A stretch of 64,000 bases of DNA from a virus. The notes beneath the pieces are model-generated. The model was not told the DNA's origin and searched no databases. It saw nothing but the letters and a program-made list of their open reading frames with translations. Numbering within the stretch: position 1 is the first letter of the stretch; each line of letters starts with the position of its first letter. Position numbers and translations under genes: made by a program. The DNA is taken from positions 48,423-112,422 of the IMG/VR virus record IMGVR_UViG_3300045976_000096. The stretch is one strand, 5' to 3'. This document shows, one piece after another, positions 35,976-45,445 of the stretch.

Positions 35976-36619
35976 CCGACCACAACATCCAGATGTGGGA
36001 CACCTCCCGTCCCAAACCCTACGCGCTGAACGCCAAGATTCACGACGACGCGCAGGTGACGAAGATCGCCGCCTCGATCCAGAAGTTCGGTTGGCGCGGC
36101 AATCCCATCGTCGTCGACGAGAACGAGGTGATCCTGGCCGGCCACGGCCGCCGCCTGGCCGCCCTGAAGCTGGGCCTGAAGCAGGTGCCGGTGGTCCAGA
36201 TGAAGGACATGACCGAGGACGAGAAGCGCGCGTATCGTCTGGCCGACAACCGCGTCGCCATCTCGAACCTGGACGCCGACATCCTGGCTCAGGAAATCGA
36301 GGGCCTGGACTTCGACCTGAACGAGTTCTTCGACGCCAAGGAAATCAGCTTCGTCACCGCCGACCTCGGCACCCTGAACGAAAGCGCCTTCGTGGCCGAC
36401 CTGGACGCGGAAATCGACGCCCAGAGCGCCGAGACGACGGCAACGATCGCCGCGGCCGCCGACAAGCCGGTGCCGGTCGCCAAGGCGCTCGGCTTCAAGA
36501 CCATCAAGGGGGCCGACGAACGGGCCGTGGCGCGCTTCATGGCCACGATCGAGGCCGACACCGGCAAGACCGGCGTCGACGCCTTCATGGCCTTCGTACG
36601 TAGCGTGGTGGGCAAATGA
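35972..36619 (+). CDS. ParB/Srx N-terminal domain protein (phage methylase-associated type)
   Basis: PYALNAKIH...SIQKFGW...PIVVD...ILAGHGR..AA...YRLADNR. Confidence 0.9.
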   Translation: MTDHNIQMWDTSRPKPYALNAKIHDDAQVTKIAASIQKFGWRGNPIVVDENEVILAGHGRRLAALKLGLKQVPVVQMKDMTEDEKRAYRLADNRVAISNLDADILAQEIEGLDFDLNEFFDAKEISFVTADLGTLNESAFVADLDAEIDAQSAETTATIAAAADKPVPVAKALGFKTIKGADERAVARFMATIEADTGKTGVDAFMAFVRSVVGK

Positions 36620-36777
36620 GGGACGACGTCTGCTTCTGGATTGCCCGCCATCTGCCGCGGCGCCTGGTGTACTGGTGCGCGGTGCGTCTGATGGCGCATG
36701 GCGCCGCCGCCAACCCGACCCGCGAAGTGCCGGCGATGACCGGCATCGACTACCTGATGGCTTGGAGGAAGCGATGA
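36616..36777 (+). CDS. hypothetical small protein
   Basis: WIARHLPRRLVYWC; coupled both ends. Confidence 0.6.
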   Translation: MRDDVCFWIARHLPRRLVYWCAVRLMAHGAAANPTREVPAMTGIDYLMAWRKR

Positions 36778-36956
36778 CCGAGCTGAAACGCGGCCGCCTG
36801 ACCATCAGGGGCAACCAGACCACGAAGGGCTTCGGCTGCCACTGCAGTGGCCCGGCCTACGGCACCGAGTTCTGCCTGTGCGAACTGGCCCGGATGCAGG
36901 CCGAGCAGGAGGAGCGCGGTGACGATGACGACGATTACGAGGATCGCAAGAAATGA
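36774..36956 (+). CDS. small Cys-rich protein
   Basis: CHCSGP...CLC. Confidence 0.55.
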   Translation: MTELKRGRLTIRGNQTTKGFGCHCSGPAYGTEFCLCELARMQAEQEERGDDDDDYEDRKK

Positions 36957-37609
36957 CCACTTTTACCATCGACAAGCGCTTCCACACGACCGTGGAGCGC
37001 ACCGACCGCGTGCTGGAAATCGCCGAAGCGTTCGGCCTGGGCCTGGACGACAAGGAATTCGTCGTGTTCGACCAGCAGCCGATCGACATCGAGCAGGGTG
37101 ACGTCGTCTACGTGACGGGCCAGTCGGGCGCCGGCAAATCCACCGTGCTGCGCGAGCTGGCGGCCCAGATGCAGGCCGCCGGCCTGGCCGTGACCGACAT
37201 CGACGCCATCCCGCTGCTGGACAAGCCGCTGATCGACCAGATCGGCAAGACCACCCAGGAGGCGCTGAACTTCCTGTCGATCGCCGGCCTGAATGACGCC
37301 TACCTGTTCATCAGGAAGCCGGCCGAGCTGTCCGACGGCCAGCGCTACCGCTTCCGCCTGGCCAAGCTGATCGAGTCGGGCGCGCGCGTCTGGGTCGCCG
37401 ACGAGTTCCTGGCCGTGCTCGACCGCACCACCGCCAAGGTGATCGCGTTCAACCTGCAAAAGACCGCGAGAAAGACCGGCGCCACCCTGATCGTGGCCAC
37501 CACCCACACCGACATGGTCGACGACCTGGCGCCCAACCTTTACGTGGAGAAGCGTTACAGGGAAAAGATCCAGATCATTCGCGCGCCAGAGGGCATGAAG
37601 AATGTCTAA
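36953..37609 (+). CDS. soluble ABC-type ATPase
   Basis: GQSGAGKS, LSDGQRYR signature, VADEF, ATTH; no permease nearby. Confidence 0.9.
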   Translation: MTTFTIDKRFHTTVERTDRVLEIAEAFGLGLDDKEFVVFDQQPIDIEQGDVVYVTGQSGAGKSTVLRELAAQMQAAGLAVTDIDAIPLLDKPLIDQIGKTTQEALNFLSIAGLNDAYLFIRKPAELSDGQRYRFRLAKLIESGARVWVADEFLAVLDRTTAKVIAFNLQKTARKTGATLIVATTHTDMVDDLAPNLYVEKRYREKIQIIRAPEGMKNV

Positions 37610-38159
37610 GGCGGGCATCTACCGGATCAGCAACCGCGAGAACGGCAAGTTCTATGTCGGCAGCGCGGTCAACCTGGAAAAGCGGTTCTACCTGCACCGC
37701 AACCAGCTCGACCTCGGCAAGCACCGGAACAGCCACCTGCAGCGCGCCTGGGACAAGCACGGCGCCGACGCCTTCGACTTTACGGTCCTGCAGTACGTCG
37801 AGGACAAGACGCAGCTGGTGGCGATCGAGCAGAACTGGATCGACACCCTGCGCGCTACCGAGCTCGGCTACAACATCTGCAAGGTGGCTAACAGCCGCCT
37901 GGGTGTGAAGGCCAGCGACGAGACCAAGGCGCGCATGTCGGCGGCAATGGCCGGGAAGACGCACACCGAAGAGACCCGAAAGAAAATGTCGGCCGCCAAG
38001 GCCGGCGTACCGAAACCACCACGATCGGCTGAGCATCGCGAAAAGCTCGGCGCCGTCCACCGCGGCAAGATCGTGTCCGAAGAAACGCGCGCAAAGCTGC
38101 GCGCCGCGCGAGCTGCACGCGAAGCACGTCGCGCACCCGAAGGAATGAAGAATGCATAA
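37602..38159 (+). CDS. GIY-YIG homing endonuclease with NUMOD3 repeats
   Basis: GIYRISN...YVGSA; H.EETRKKMS repeats. Confidence 0.9.
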   Translation: MSKAGIYRISNRENGKFYVGSAVNLEKRFYLHRNQLDLGKHRNSHLQRAWDKHGADAFDFTVLQYVEDKTQLVAIEQNWIDTLRATELGYNICKVANSRLGVKASDETKARMSAAMAGKTHTEETRKKMSAAKAGVPKPPRSAEHREKLGAVHRGKIVSEETRAKLRAARAAREARRAPEGMKNA

Positions 38160-38472
38160 CACCCACAACACCGCCTTTTTCGACGACGTGCTGAAGGCAT
38201 CCTACGCCGCGCCGGTCGTGGTCATGTTCCACGCCAGCTGGTGCGGCCCGTGCCGCGGCATGAAGCCGCTGGTCGAGGCCATGGCGGCCGAACTGGGCTT
38301 CACCCTGGTCGGCGTTGACGCCGGCGAGCAGCGCGACCTGGCTGCCATGGAAGGCGTGCGCGGCGTGCCGACCATCATCGTCTACAGAAACGCGGTCGCG
38401 GTCGGTCAGCCCTCGGTCGGCGGCAAGACCGAAGCCCAGCTGCGCAGCTTCCTGGCTGCGGCGGGGGTATGA
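38152..38472 (+). CDS. thioredoxin
   Basis: WCGPC active site, GVPT cis-Pro loop. Confidence 0.92.
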   Translation: MHNTHNTAFFDDVLKASYAAPVVVMFHASWCGPCRGMKPLVEAMAAELGFTLVGVDAGEQRDLAAMEGVRGVPTIIVYRNAVAVGQPSVGGKTEAQLRSFLAAAGV

Positions 38473-38530
38473 CCATGTTCCATACGCTCGCACACAAGCA
38501 GACCCGCCCGGTCGACACCAAGGAGAAGAA

Positions 38531-38884
38531 ATGACCGCCGACAATTTCGTCCACTGGCTGCAGGGCTTTTTCGACTGCATGGACGGCAAGCCGCTGCTGC
38601 CGGCCGACGTGGCCAAGATCCAGATGAAGATGGCCGAGATCGACAGCAAGCCGAGCCAGCACGTCAGCTTCCCGCCCGGTATCCGCGGCCTGGGCACCGG
38701 CGGGCCGGTCGCCACCGACCTGCTGTACCGGGGCGGCACCGTCGGCGTACCGTTCTCCACCTCGCGCGCACACCCGACCGACCCGAACATCGCCCTGTGC
38801 AGCTCCGGCGTCAGCGGCAGCCTGGTCGCCGCCGGCACGCTGGACGCATCCGCCGTGACCGCCTCGCGCGAGGTGGCGCAATGA
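38531..38884 (+). CDS. hypothetical protein
   Basis: MTADNFVHWLQGFF; AAGGAG RBS. Confidence 0.65.
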   Translation: MTADNFVHWLQGFFDCMDGKPLLPADVAKIQMKMAEIDSKPSQHVSFPPGIRGLGTGGPVATDLLYRGGTVGVPFSTSRAHPTDPNIALCSSGVSGSLVAAGTLDASAVTASREVAQ

Positions 38885-38992
38885 GCTGGATGGCCATCCT
38901 GATGATCATCTTCGGCGGAGGCAAGAAGTGAATACCGGCCTTCTAATTTTGGTGATTTTAGCAATCATGATCTGGTTTTTGAGGGGTCGCAA

Positions 38993-39970
38993 ATGACGAC
39001 CATCATCGACAACGCGGACGTGCGCATCGTGCGCCGCGCCATGCCTGCCAACCACACGCTGTCGCTTCTGGACCGCATCTACGTCGAGCGCGGCACCAAG
39101 GCGGACTGGGATCTGCTGCACGAGCTGCACTACAAGGCCGAGCGTCTCGGGATCGGCCCGAAAATCTACCGCTGCGTGCTCGATGGCCAGGTGATCGGCG
39201 TGGGTGTGATGACGGTGCCGAAAATGCTGCTTTCGGGCCGCAACGAGGCCATGCCGCACATGCGTCCCAACGTGGACGGGCGCGACACGCGCCTGATCAA
39301 CCGCACACGCGCGCTGTGGCTCAACGCGCACGCCTGCACCAACAGCCGCCTGGTGCTGGACACGATGTACCGCGGCGCCGGCATCGCGTACCGCATGCAG
39401 AACCTCATGATGCGCATGACCGGCTGCCGCTACGTCGAATTCCAGTCGTCGATGAGCAAATTCAACCCGTTCGCGGCGAAGGCCGGCATGCGCTTCACGA
39501 AACCCAAGCGCAGCTCCAACTACGAGAAGGGCCTGGCCTTTTTCCAGCGCTGGTTCGAGAGCGTGCCGATGGATTATGTCGGCATCAAGGCGGAAATCGA
39601 CGCCATGCCGCCGGCGGTACAGACAAAGTGCATCGCCGAGATGCGCAAGTTCTACTACACCTGCTCGTCGATGGAGAAATCCGGCGACAACCGCGCCAAT
39701 GGCACCACGCGCGTCGACGCGATGGCGGTCGGCTACCTCTTGAAAAGCCTGCAGCAGCTCGTGCTGGCCAGTCCGCTGTACGGGATTTTCGAGAACCCCG
39801 ATTTCTGCCACCCGCTGCCAGCGCGCCTGCCGCTGGTCGCGTTCGACAATCAATCCCTCGGGTCGCCACTCGATTTGGAAGCCGCCTACGTGCAAATGGG
39901 CCGCATTCCGGTCGTCGACGACCTGACCAACCCGGAAGACGAAGATGCACCTGACAGCCAAGCAGATTGA
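38993..39970 (+). CDS. GNAT-fold (Mom-like) acyltransferase, putative DNA modification enzyme
   Basis: LHELHYK, SRLVLDTMYRGAGIA acyl-CoA motif A, MSKFNPFAAKAGM. Confidence 0.7.
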   Translation: MTTIIDNADVRIVRRAMPANHTLSLLDRIYVERGTKADWDLLHELHYKAERLGIGPKIYRCVLDGQVIGVGVMTVPKMLLSGRNEAMPHMRPNVDGRDTRLINRTRALWLNAHACTNSRLVLDTMYRGAGIAYRMQNLMMRMTGCRYVEFQSSMSKFNPFAAKAGMRFTKPKRSSNYEKGLAFFQRWFESVPMDYVGIKAEIDAMPPAVQTKCIAEMRKFYYTCSSMEKSGDNRANGTTRVDAMAVGYLLKSLQQLVLASPLYGIFENPDFCHPLPARLPLVAFDNQSLGSPLDLEAAYVQMGRIPVVDDLTNPEDEDAPDSQAD

Positions 39971-40265
39971 ACTTTTGCGCGTGATCGGCGCCGGCGGGCC
40001 GGATGGTTCGTGCGACCTGGACGAAATTCTCGCCAACGTGCGCTACCAGACCACCAAGGCCAGCCTGCAGTTCTCGATCCGCGCGCTGGTCAACCACGGC
40101 CTGATCGAAAAGCTGGCGGTCGAGAAGCGCCGCGGGCGCCAGCGCCGGCCGATCGGCCTGACGGAAATGGGTCGCGCACTGGCCGGCACCGGCAAGAAGT
40201 CCGAAGCCGCGGTGTTGGTCGCGCCCGAGGATGACTTTCTGGACGAAATCATCGAGTTGTCATAA
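39945..40265 (+). CDS. winged-helix DNA-binding protein
   Basis: LTAKQIELL...SLQFSIRALVNHGLIEK...RGR...LTEMG. Confidence 0.75.
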   Translation: MHLTAKQIELLRVIGAGGPDGSCDLDEILANVRYQTTKASLQFSIRALVNHGLIEKLAVEKRRGRQRRPIGLTEMGRALAGTGKKSEAAVLVAPEDDFLDEIIELS

Positions 40266-40318
40266 TGGGTACGTTTTTACGATGTGAAAAACGTACTCAG
40301 GATGACAACACTCCCGCG

Positions 40319-40602
40319 ACTTATCTCACGCAGGATTTTGCGGGCGATAAGTACCAAAAGTTACCCGCTTCCGCGCGAGATAAGTACCAAAAGTTACTCC
40401 ATTCCGCGGTTTCTGCGTGAGATAAGTCGCCAAAAACAGTGGAAAAACGATGCTTTTTGGAACTTATCATTTCCCGGATGAAACTTATCACTCGGGGTCT
40501 CTTCTATAAAGTATTTAATACTTATAGAGAGTAAGAAGTAAGAAGTAAAAAGTATTTCGGAAAATCCGCGGAGTGATAAGTTTCCCGGATGCAATGATAA
40601 GT
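40319..40602. repeat. iteron-like GATAAGT/ACTTATC repeats around an AT-rich core (origin- or pac-like)
   Basis: 19-bp direct repeat 40346/40379; 13-bp inverted repeat 40481/40571; 8 GATAAGT cores. Confidence 0.7.
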
Positions 40603-40648
40603 CCGGGCGCGGAAGGATCGCGGAATGGAAAACCTGCGGCCCGAAAAT

Positions 40649-40691
40649 AAGTCATCACTGACTTGACACCGGACCCCGGACGGGTTACAGT
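40649..40691 (+). promoter_or_regulatory. operator overlapping sigma70 promoter of packaging genes
   Basis: aagtca-tcac-tgactt overlapping TTGACA-17bp-TACAGT. Confidence 0.8.
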
Positions 40692-40709
40692 GCGTCCATA
40701 TTGTTCTCC

Positions 40710-40743
40710 AATGGGCGCCCTTCTCCCAGCGCCCATTTTTTTT
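40710..40743 (+). terminator. terminator in leader of terminase operon
   Basis: aatgggcgc-ccttctccca-gcgcccatt followed by a T tract. Confidence 0.65.
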
Positions 40744-40762
40744 GCCTTGAAGGAATAGAACA

Positions 40763-41410
40763 GTGACAGCAGCACCGAAGACCACGAAACACCGCCTGTC
40801 CGCGAAGCAGTGGGCCGAGGCGGAAGCGCTCTGGGAGAGCGGCACCGTCACGTACGAAGACCTGATGAAGAAGTTCGGCCTGGCCCAGTCCAGCTTCGAG
40901 CGCCACTTCAAGAAGACCGGCACGGTCAAGGGTGCGCGCGCCGCCGCCATCAAGGCGAAGGTCGACGAGAAGCTGGCTACGGCCGCGATCGACGAAGCCA
41001 CCGTCATCGCCGCCCGCATCAAGGAGACCAAGGAGCAGCACTACACGATGTCGGCCAACCTGTCCAAGCTGGCCTACGCGGAAATCCTGCAGGCGAAGAA
41101 GGACGGGCACCCGGTCGCGGTGGCGCTAAACAACCTGAAAGCCCTCGACAAGGCGATGGACGTGCTGGCCAAGGGTCGCGCCGAGCGTTACGCGATCCTC
41201 GGTCTGGACCGCCCGGACGCCGTCAACCCGGACGAGCTGCCGGAACTGGTCATTTCCGAACTGACCGCGGAGCAGATCGAGGAGCTGCGCAAACGCGACG
41301 AGGCGGACCTGGACGAGGTGCCGACCGGCGCCAACCAGAACGCGGTGCAGGCGGACGAGGTCGATGACGACCTCGAGGACGACGGCGACGCCGTGGTCGA
41401 GGAGTCCTGA
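40763..41410 (+). CDS. terS: putative terminase small subunit
   Basis: N-terminal HTH, directly upstream of and coupled to terL. Confidence 0.7.
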   Translation: MTAAPKTTKHRLSAKQWAEAEALWESGTVTYEDLMKKFGLAQSSFERHFKKTGTVKGARAAAIKAKVDEKLATAAIDEATVIAARIKETKEQHYTMSANLSKLAYAEILQAKKDGHPVAVALNNLKALDKAMDVLAKGRAERYAILGLDRPDAVNPDELPELVISELTAEQIEELRKRDEADLDEVPTGANQNAVQADEVDDDLEDDGDAVVEES

Positions 41411-42675
41411 TGGCCGGCAAGGCGTCGCTCAAGCTGCACCCGAAGCAGATGATGGTGTACCGCTGCGAGAAGCGCTTTCGCGTGGTGGTCGCCGGTCGCC
41501 GCTGGGGCAAAACGGCGCTGTCGCGCGTCCTGATTATCACCCGCGCCAGGAAACGCAAGAGCAAAATCTGGTACGTCGCGCCGACCTACAAGATGGCCAA
41601 GCAGATCATGTGGAACGATCTGCTGGAAGCCGTGCCAAAGCGCTGGATCAGGAAGGTCAACGAGACGCGCCTGGAAATCACCCTCGTCAACGGCACCATC
41701 ATCGAGCTGAAAGGCGCCGACAAGGGCGACTCGCTGCGCGGCGTGGGCGTGGACTTCCTGGTGCTGGACGAATTCCAGGACATCGACCCCGAGACCTGGA
41801 CCAAGGTCTTGCGTCCGACCCTGGCCGACCGCCAGGGTCACGCGATCTTCATCGGCACGCCCAAGGCCTACAACTACCTGTACACGCTGTACCAGTACGG
41901 CCAGCGCGGCGACATCTACCTCGACGAGAACGGCCGCGAGCGCAAGAACCAGTGGGCGTCGTGGCAGTTTCCGACCATGACCTCGCCCTTCATTCCGCTG
42001 TCGGAAATCGAGGCGGCCAAGCAGGACATGGACGAGAAATCGTTCAACCAGGAGTTCAACGCCTCCTTCGAGACCATGAGCGGCCGGGTCTACTACCCGT
42101 TCGACCGCATGGAGCACGTCGGCAGCTACCCGTTCAATCCAAAGCTGCCGATCTGGGTCGGCATGGACTTCAACATCGACCCGATGTCCACCGTGATCTA
42201 CCAGCCGCAGAAGAACGGCGAGCTGTGGGCGGTGGATGAAATCGTGCTGTTTTCGTCCAACACCGAGGAAATCTGCGAGGAGCTGGAAAAGCGCTACTGG
42301 CGCCATCTGGTCCAGATCGTGATGTATCCCGACCCCGCCGGCGGCCAGCGCCAGCACGCGCGCGGCGAGACCGACCTCGATATCCTGCGCGAGAAAGGCT
42401 TCAAGCGCATCAAGTACCGCAAGAAGCACCCGGCCGTGGCCGACCGCGTCAACGCCGTGAACCGCATGCTGAAAGCGGCCGACGGCACCATCCGGCTGCG
42501 CGTGGACGAGAAGTGCAAGCATTTCATCAACGCCCTGGAGCAGACCATCTACAAGCCAGGCTCGCGCGACGTCGACAAGACCGGCGGCACCGAACACAGC
42601 GCCGACGCCGGCGGTTACTGCATCGAGCTGGAATTCCCGGTGCGTAAGGTGGAAATCGGCGGCATGTCGCGATAG
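41410..42675 (+). CDS. terL: terminase large subunit
   Basis: AGRRWGKT, LRG...LVLDE, GTPK, GMDFN, H.ADA motifs. Confidence 0.95.
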   Translation: MAGKASLKLHPKQMMVYRCEKRFRVVVAGRRWGKTALSRVLIITRARKRKSKIWYVAPTYKMAKQIMWNDLLEAVPKRWIRKVNETRLEITLVNGTIIELKGADKGDSLRGVGVDFLVLDEFQDIDPETWTKVLRPTLADRQGHAIFIGTPKAYNYLYTLYQYGQRGDIYLDENGRERKNQWASWQFPTMTSPFIPLSEIEAAKQDMDEKSFNQEFNASFETMSGRVYYPFDRMEHVGSYPFNPKLPIWVGMDFNIDPMSTVIYQPQKNGELWAVDEIVLFSSNTEEICEELEKRYWRHLVQIVMYPDPAGGQRQHARGETDLDILREKGFKRIKYRKKHPAVADRVNAVNRMLKAADGTIRLRVDEKCKHFINALEQTIYKPGSRDVDKTGGTEHSADAGGYCIELEFPVRKVEIGGMSR

Positions 42676-42677
42676 GC

Positions 42678-42707
42678 TTGACATATAAGTCACCACTGAA
42701 TTACCAT
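42678..42707 (+). promoter_or_regulatory. promoter with operator in spacer
   Basis: TTGACA-18bp-TACCAT enclosing aagtca-ccac-tgaatt. Confidence 0.7.
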
Positions 42708-42716
42708 CGGAATCCT

Positions 42717-44345
42717 ATGAGCACAGACCTGCAGATCACCAAGCCCGGCGCCACCGGCGTCATCGACCCGAAGGACGAAAGCAACTTCGCCGTGCCGGTG
42801 ATGACGGACGACCAGAAGCGCCTGCGCGCGCTGATCACCCGCCGCCATCCCGAGTATTCGGACAAGATGAAGCACTGGGAATTCCTGTGCGCCACCTACG
42901 AGGGTGGCCGCGACTGGTTCAAGGCTGGCAACATCTTCCGCTACATCAAGGAAGGCGACGGCGAGTATCGCGACCGCGTGGCGCGCTGCTACCGCTTCAA
43001 CCACTCGCGCGAGGTGGTCGACCTGCTCAACAAGTACCTGTTCAAGCAGAACATCACCCGCAGCACCGACGCCCCGGAAAGCGTCAAAGCATTCTGGGAC
43101 AAGTCCACCAAGAACGGGCTGGGGATTCGTGACTTCGTGCGCCAGGCGGGCAAGAAAGCGTCGGTATCGGGCCGGATCGGGGTCGTGATCGACAACAACG
43201 CGCAGGGTGACGTCGTCACCAAGGCGGACGAGAAGGAAGCTGGCGTGCGCACCTACGGCTACATCGTCAGTCCGACCCAACTGCTCGACTACGACTTCGA
43301 CGAAGACGGCGACCTGAACTGGATTCTCATCCAGGAAGTCGCGCGCGACGCCGCCGATCCGTTCACCTCCAGTGGCGCGCAGGTCGAGCGCTACCGCCTG
43401 TGGGACAAGCAGACCTGGCGCCTGTTCGAGGAGCGCCAGATCGGCCGCAGCGGCAAGACTCGCGTGGTCGAGATCGCCAACGGCGAGCATGGCCTGGGCG
43501 AAGTCCCGGTGATCCTGCACGACCACATCATCAGCGACGAGGACTACGCGCCGCAGGCCCTGATCGACGACATCGCCTACCTGGACCGCGCGGTCGCGAA
43601 CTACCTGTCCAACCTGGACGCGATCATCCAGGACCAGACCTTCTCGCAGCTGGCCATGCCGGCGCAGAACGTGCTGCCGGGCGAGGACAACTACAACAAG
43701 CTCTTGGAAATGGGCACCAAGCGCATCTTCCTGTACGACGGCGAAGGCGGCGCGCAGCCGTTCTACCTGTCGCCGGACCCGAAGCAGGCCCAGATGATCC
43801 TGGCGGTCATCAACAAGATCATCAACGAGATTTACCACACCGTCGGCCTGGCCGGCGAGCGCACCAAGCAGGACAACGCGCTCGGCATCGACAACAGCTC
43901 CGGTGTGGCCAAGGCGTATGACTTCGAGCGCGTCAACGCGCTGCTGCAAGCGAAAGCGGACAGCCTGGAAGTGCTCGAGAACCGGATCGTCCGGCTGGTC
44001 GCGCTGTGGAATGGCGAGGAGAACAAGGTCGACAAGCCCCTGGTTTCGTACCCGGACAACTTCGACACCCGCGGCCTCTACGACGAATTCGACATCGCGG
44101 CCCGCCTGATGCTGGTCGATGCGCCGAAGGAAGTGCGTCAGCACCAGATGGAAATGGTCATCGACAAGCTGTTCCCGCAGCTGGCCGAGGATCTGAAGAC
44201 CAAGATGCTCGACGCGCTCAAGGACTGGCCGGTAGACCCGGTCGAGCAGGCCGCCGCGATGGCACAAGCCACCGCCCCTGACCAGGCCGCGCTCCAGAAG
44301 GGCGCGGCCAAGCAGACGGCCGGCGAAACACTGAGCAACAACTAA
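42717..44345 (+). CDS. portal protein
   Basis: Position after terL, size, HPEY...YEGG, LGEVP, SGVAK motifs. Confidence 0.88.
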   Translation: MSTDLQITKPGATGVIDPKDESNFAVPVMTDDQKRLRALITRRHPEYSDKMKHWEFLCATYEGGRDWFKAGNIFRYIKEGDGEYRDRVARCYRFNHSREVVDLLNKYLFKQNITRSTDAPESVKAFWDKSTKNGLGIRDFVRQAGKKASVSGRIGVVIDNNAQGDVVTKADEKEAGVRTYGYIVSPTQLLDYDFDEDGDLNWILIQEVARDAADPFTSSGAQVERYRLWDKQTWRLFEERQIGRSGKTRVVEIANGEHGLGEVPVILHDHIISDEDYAPQALIDDIAYLDRAVANYLSNLDAIIQDQTFSQLAMPAQNVLPGEDNYNKLLEMGTKRIFLYDGEGGAQPFYLSPDPKQAQMILAVINKIINEIYHTVGLAGERTKQDNALGIDNSSGVAKAYDFERVNALLQAKADSLEVLENRIVRLVALWNGEENKVDKPLVSYPDNFDTRGLYDEFDIAARLMLVDAPKEVRQHQMEMVIDKLFPQLAEDLKTKMLDALKDWPVDPVEQAAAMAQATAPDQAALQKGAAKQTAGETLSNN

Positions 44346-44426
44346 CCCACCCGTGGCGCCCAGCGAACCGGCGCCACACAACCACCACCCACTGATGGCC
44401 GAGAGATAGGCCCGAAAGGTAAAACG

Positions 44427-45308
44427 ATGCACCCGAAATACTGGAAATTCCCTGGCGCGGCATACCGTGACGCAGCAACCGGCGACGAGGGCGGCAAGTC
44501 CGCGGGCGGCTCCGGCGGCAACGAGCCGAGCGACGCGGACAAGGCTGCGGCCGAAAAAGCTGCTGCCGAAAAGGCCGCCGCTGACGCCGCGGCGGCCGCC
44601 GGCAAGCCGACCGACGCGGAAGCCAAGCTGCTCAAGGAAGTCATGCAGAAGAAGGAAGCCCTGAAGGCGCTCGAAGCCGAGGCCGCAGCCGCCAAGGCGC
44701 GCCTGGCCGAATTCGACGGCGTCGACCCGGCCGAAATCAAGAAGCTGCTGGCCGAGCGCAAGAGCGCCGAGGAAGCGGCGCTGGCCGCCAAGGGCGACTT
44801 CGAGACGCTGAAGGCGCGTATGGCCGAGGAGCACACCAAGGTCACGTCCAGCCTGTCCGACCAGATCAAGGCGCTGCAGGAACAGCTGGCCGCCAAGGAC
44901 CGCGTGGTCGACGAGCTGTCGATCGGCAACCAGTTCGGGCAGTCGCAGTACATCACCAAGGAGCTGACCCTGACCCCGGCCAAGGCGCGCGCCCTGTATG
45001 GCGCCCACTTCGACCTGGAAGACGGCAAGGTGGTCGGCTACGACAAGCCGCGCGGCGCCGCCGGCCGCGCGCCGCTGGTCGACCAGCGCGGCGACGCGCT
45101 GCCGTTCGAGCAGGCGATGGCGCGCATCATCGAAGCGGACCCGGACAAGGATTCGCTGCTGCGCTCGAAGGTCAAGCCCGGCGCCGGCAGCCAGTCGGCC
45201 ACCAGCGCCAAGCCGGTCGACGCCAGTCGCTCGACCAACCTGGAACCGTCGGCCAAGATCGCGGCCGGCCTGGCCAGCCTGAATCTGCTGGGACAGGCGC
45301 CACTGTAA
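44427..45308 (+). CDS. capsid scaffolding protein
   Basis: Coiled coil, KPGAGS C-terminal motif, precedes capsid gene. Confidence 0.8.
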   Translation: MHPKYWKFPGAAYRDAATGDEGGKSAGGSGGNEPSDADKAAAEKAAAEKAAADAAAAAGKPTDAEAKLLKEVMQKKEALKALEAEAAAAKARLAEFDGVDPAEIKKLLAERKSAEEAALAAKGDFETLKARMAEEHTKVTSSLSDQIKALQEQLAAKDRVVDELSIGNQFGQSQYITKELTLTPAKARALYGAHFDLEDGKVVGYDKPRGAAGRAPLVDQRGDALPFEQAMARIIEADPDKDSLLRSKVKPGAGSQSATSAKPVDASRSTNLEPSAKIAAGLASLNLLGQAPL

Positions 45309-45323
45309 GGCCGAGTCGTGAGT

Positions 45324-45366
45324 AAGTCACCGGTGACTTGACAATTTCCTCAAAATAGGATATTGT
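45324..45366 (+). promoter_or_regulatory. operator overlapping capsid promoter
   Basis: aagtca-ccgg-tgactt overlapping TTGACA-17bp-TATTGT. Confidence 0.75.
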
Positions 45367-45445
45367 CTCGCCTCAACCGGTGACTAGAGCGACTTAGGCC
45401 CGAGTAACGAAACTCACTTTTTCTTTCTCTTTAAGGAATCGAAGA

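Noticed and set aside
36953-37609. ABC transporter
   Set aside because: No permease or binding-protein genes; the context is ParB/GNAT/terminase.
37602-38159. Group I intron or intein around the GIY-YIG genes
   Set aside because: All three are free-standing ORFs with overlapping or promoter-bearing junctions; flanking genes are intact and there is no room for a ribozyme core.
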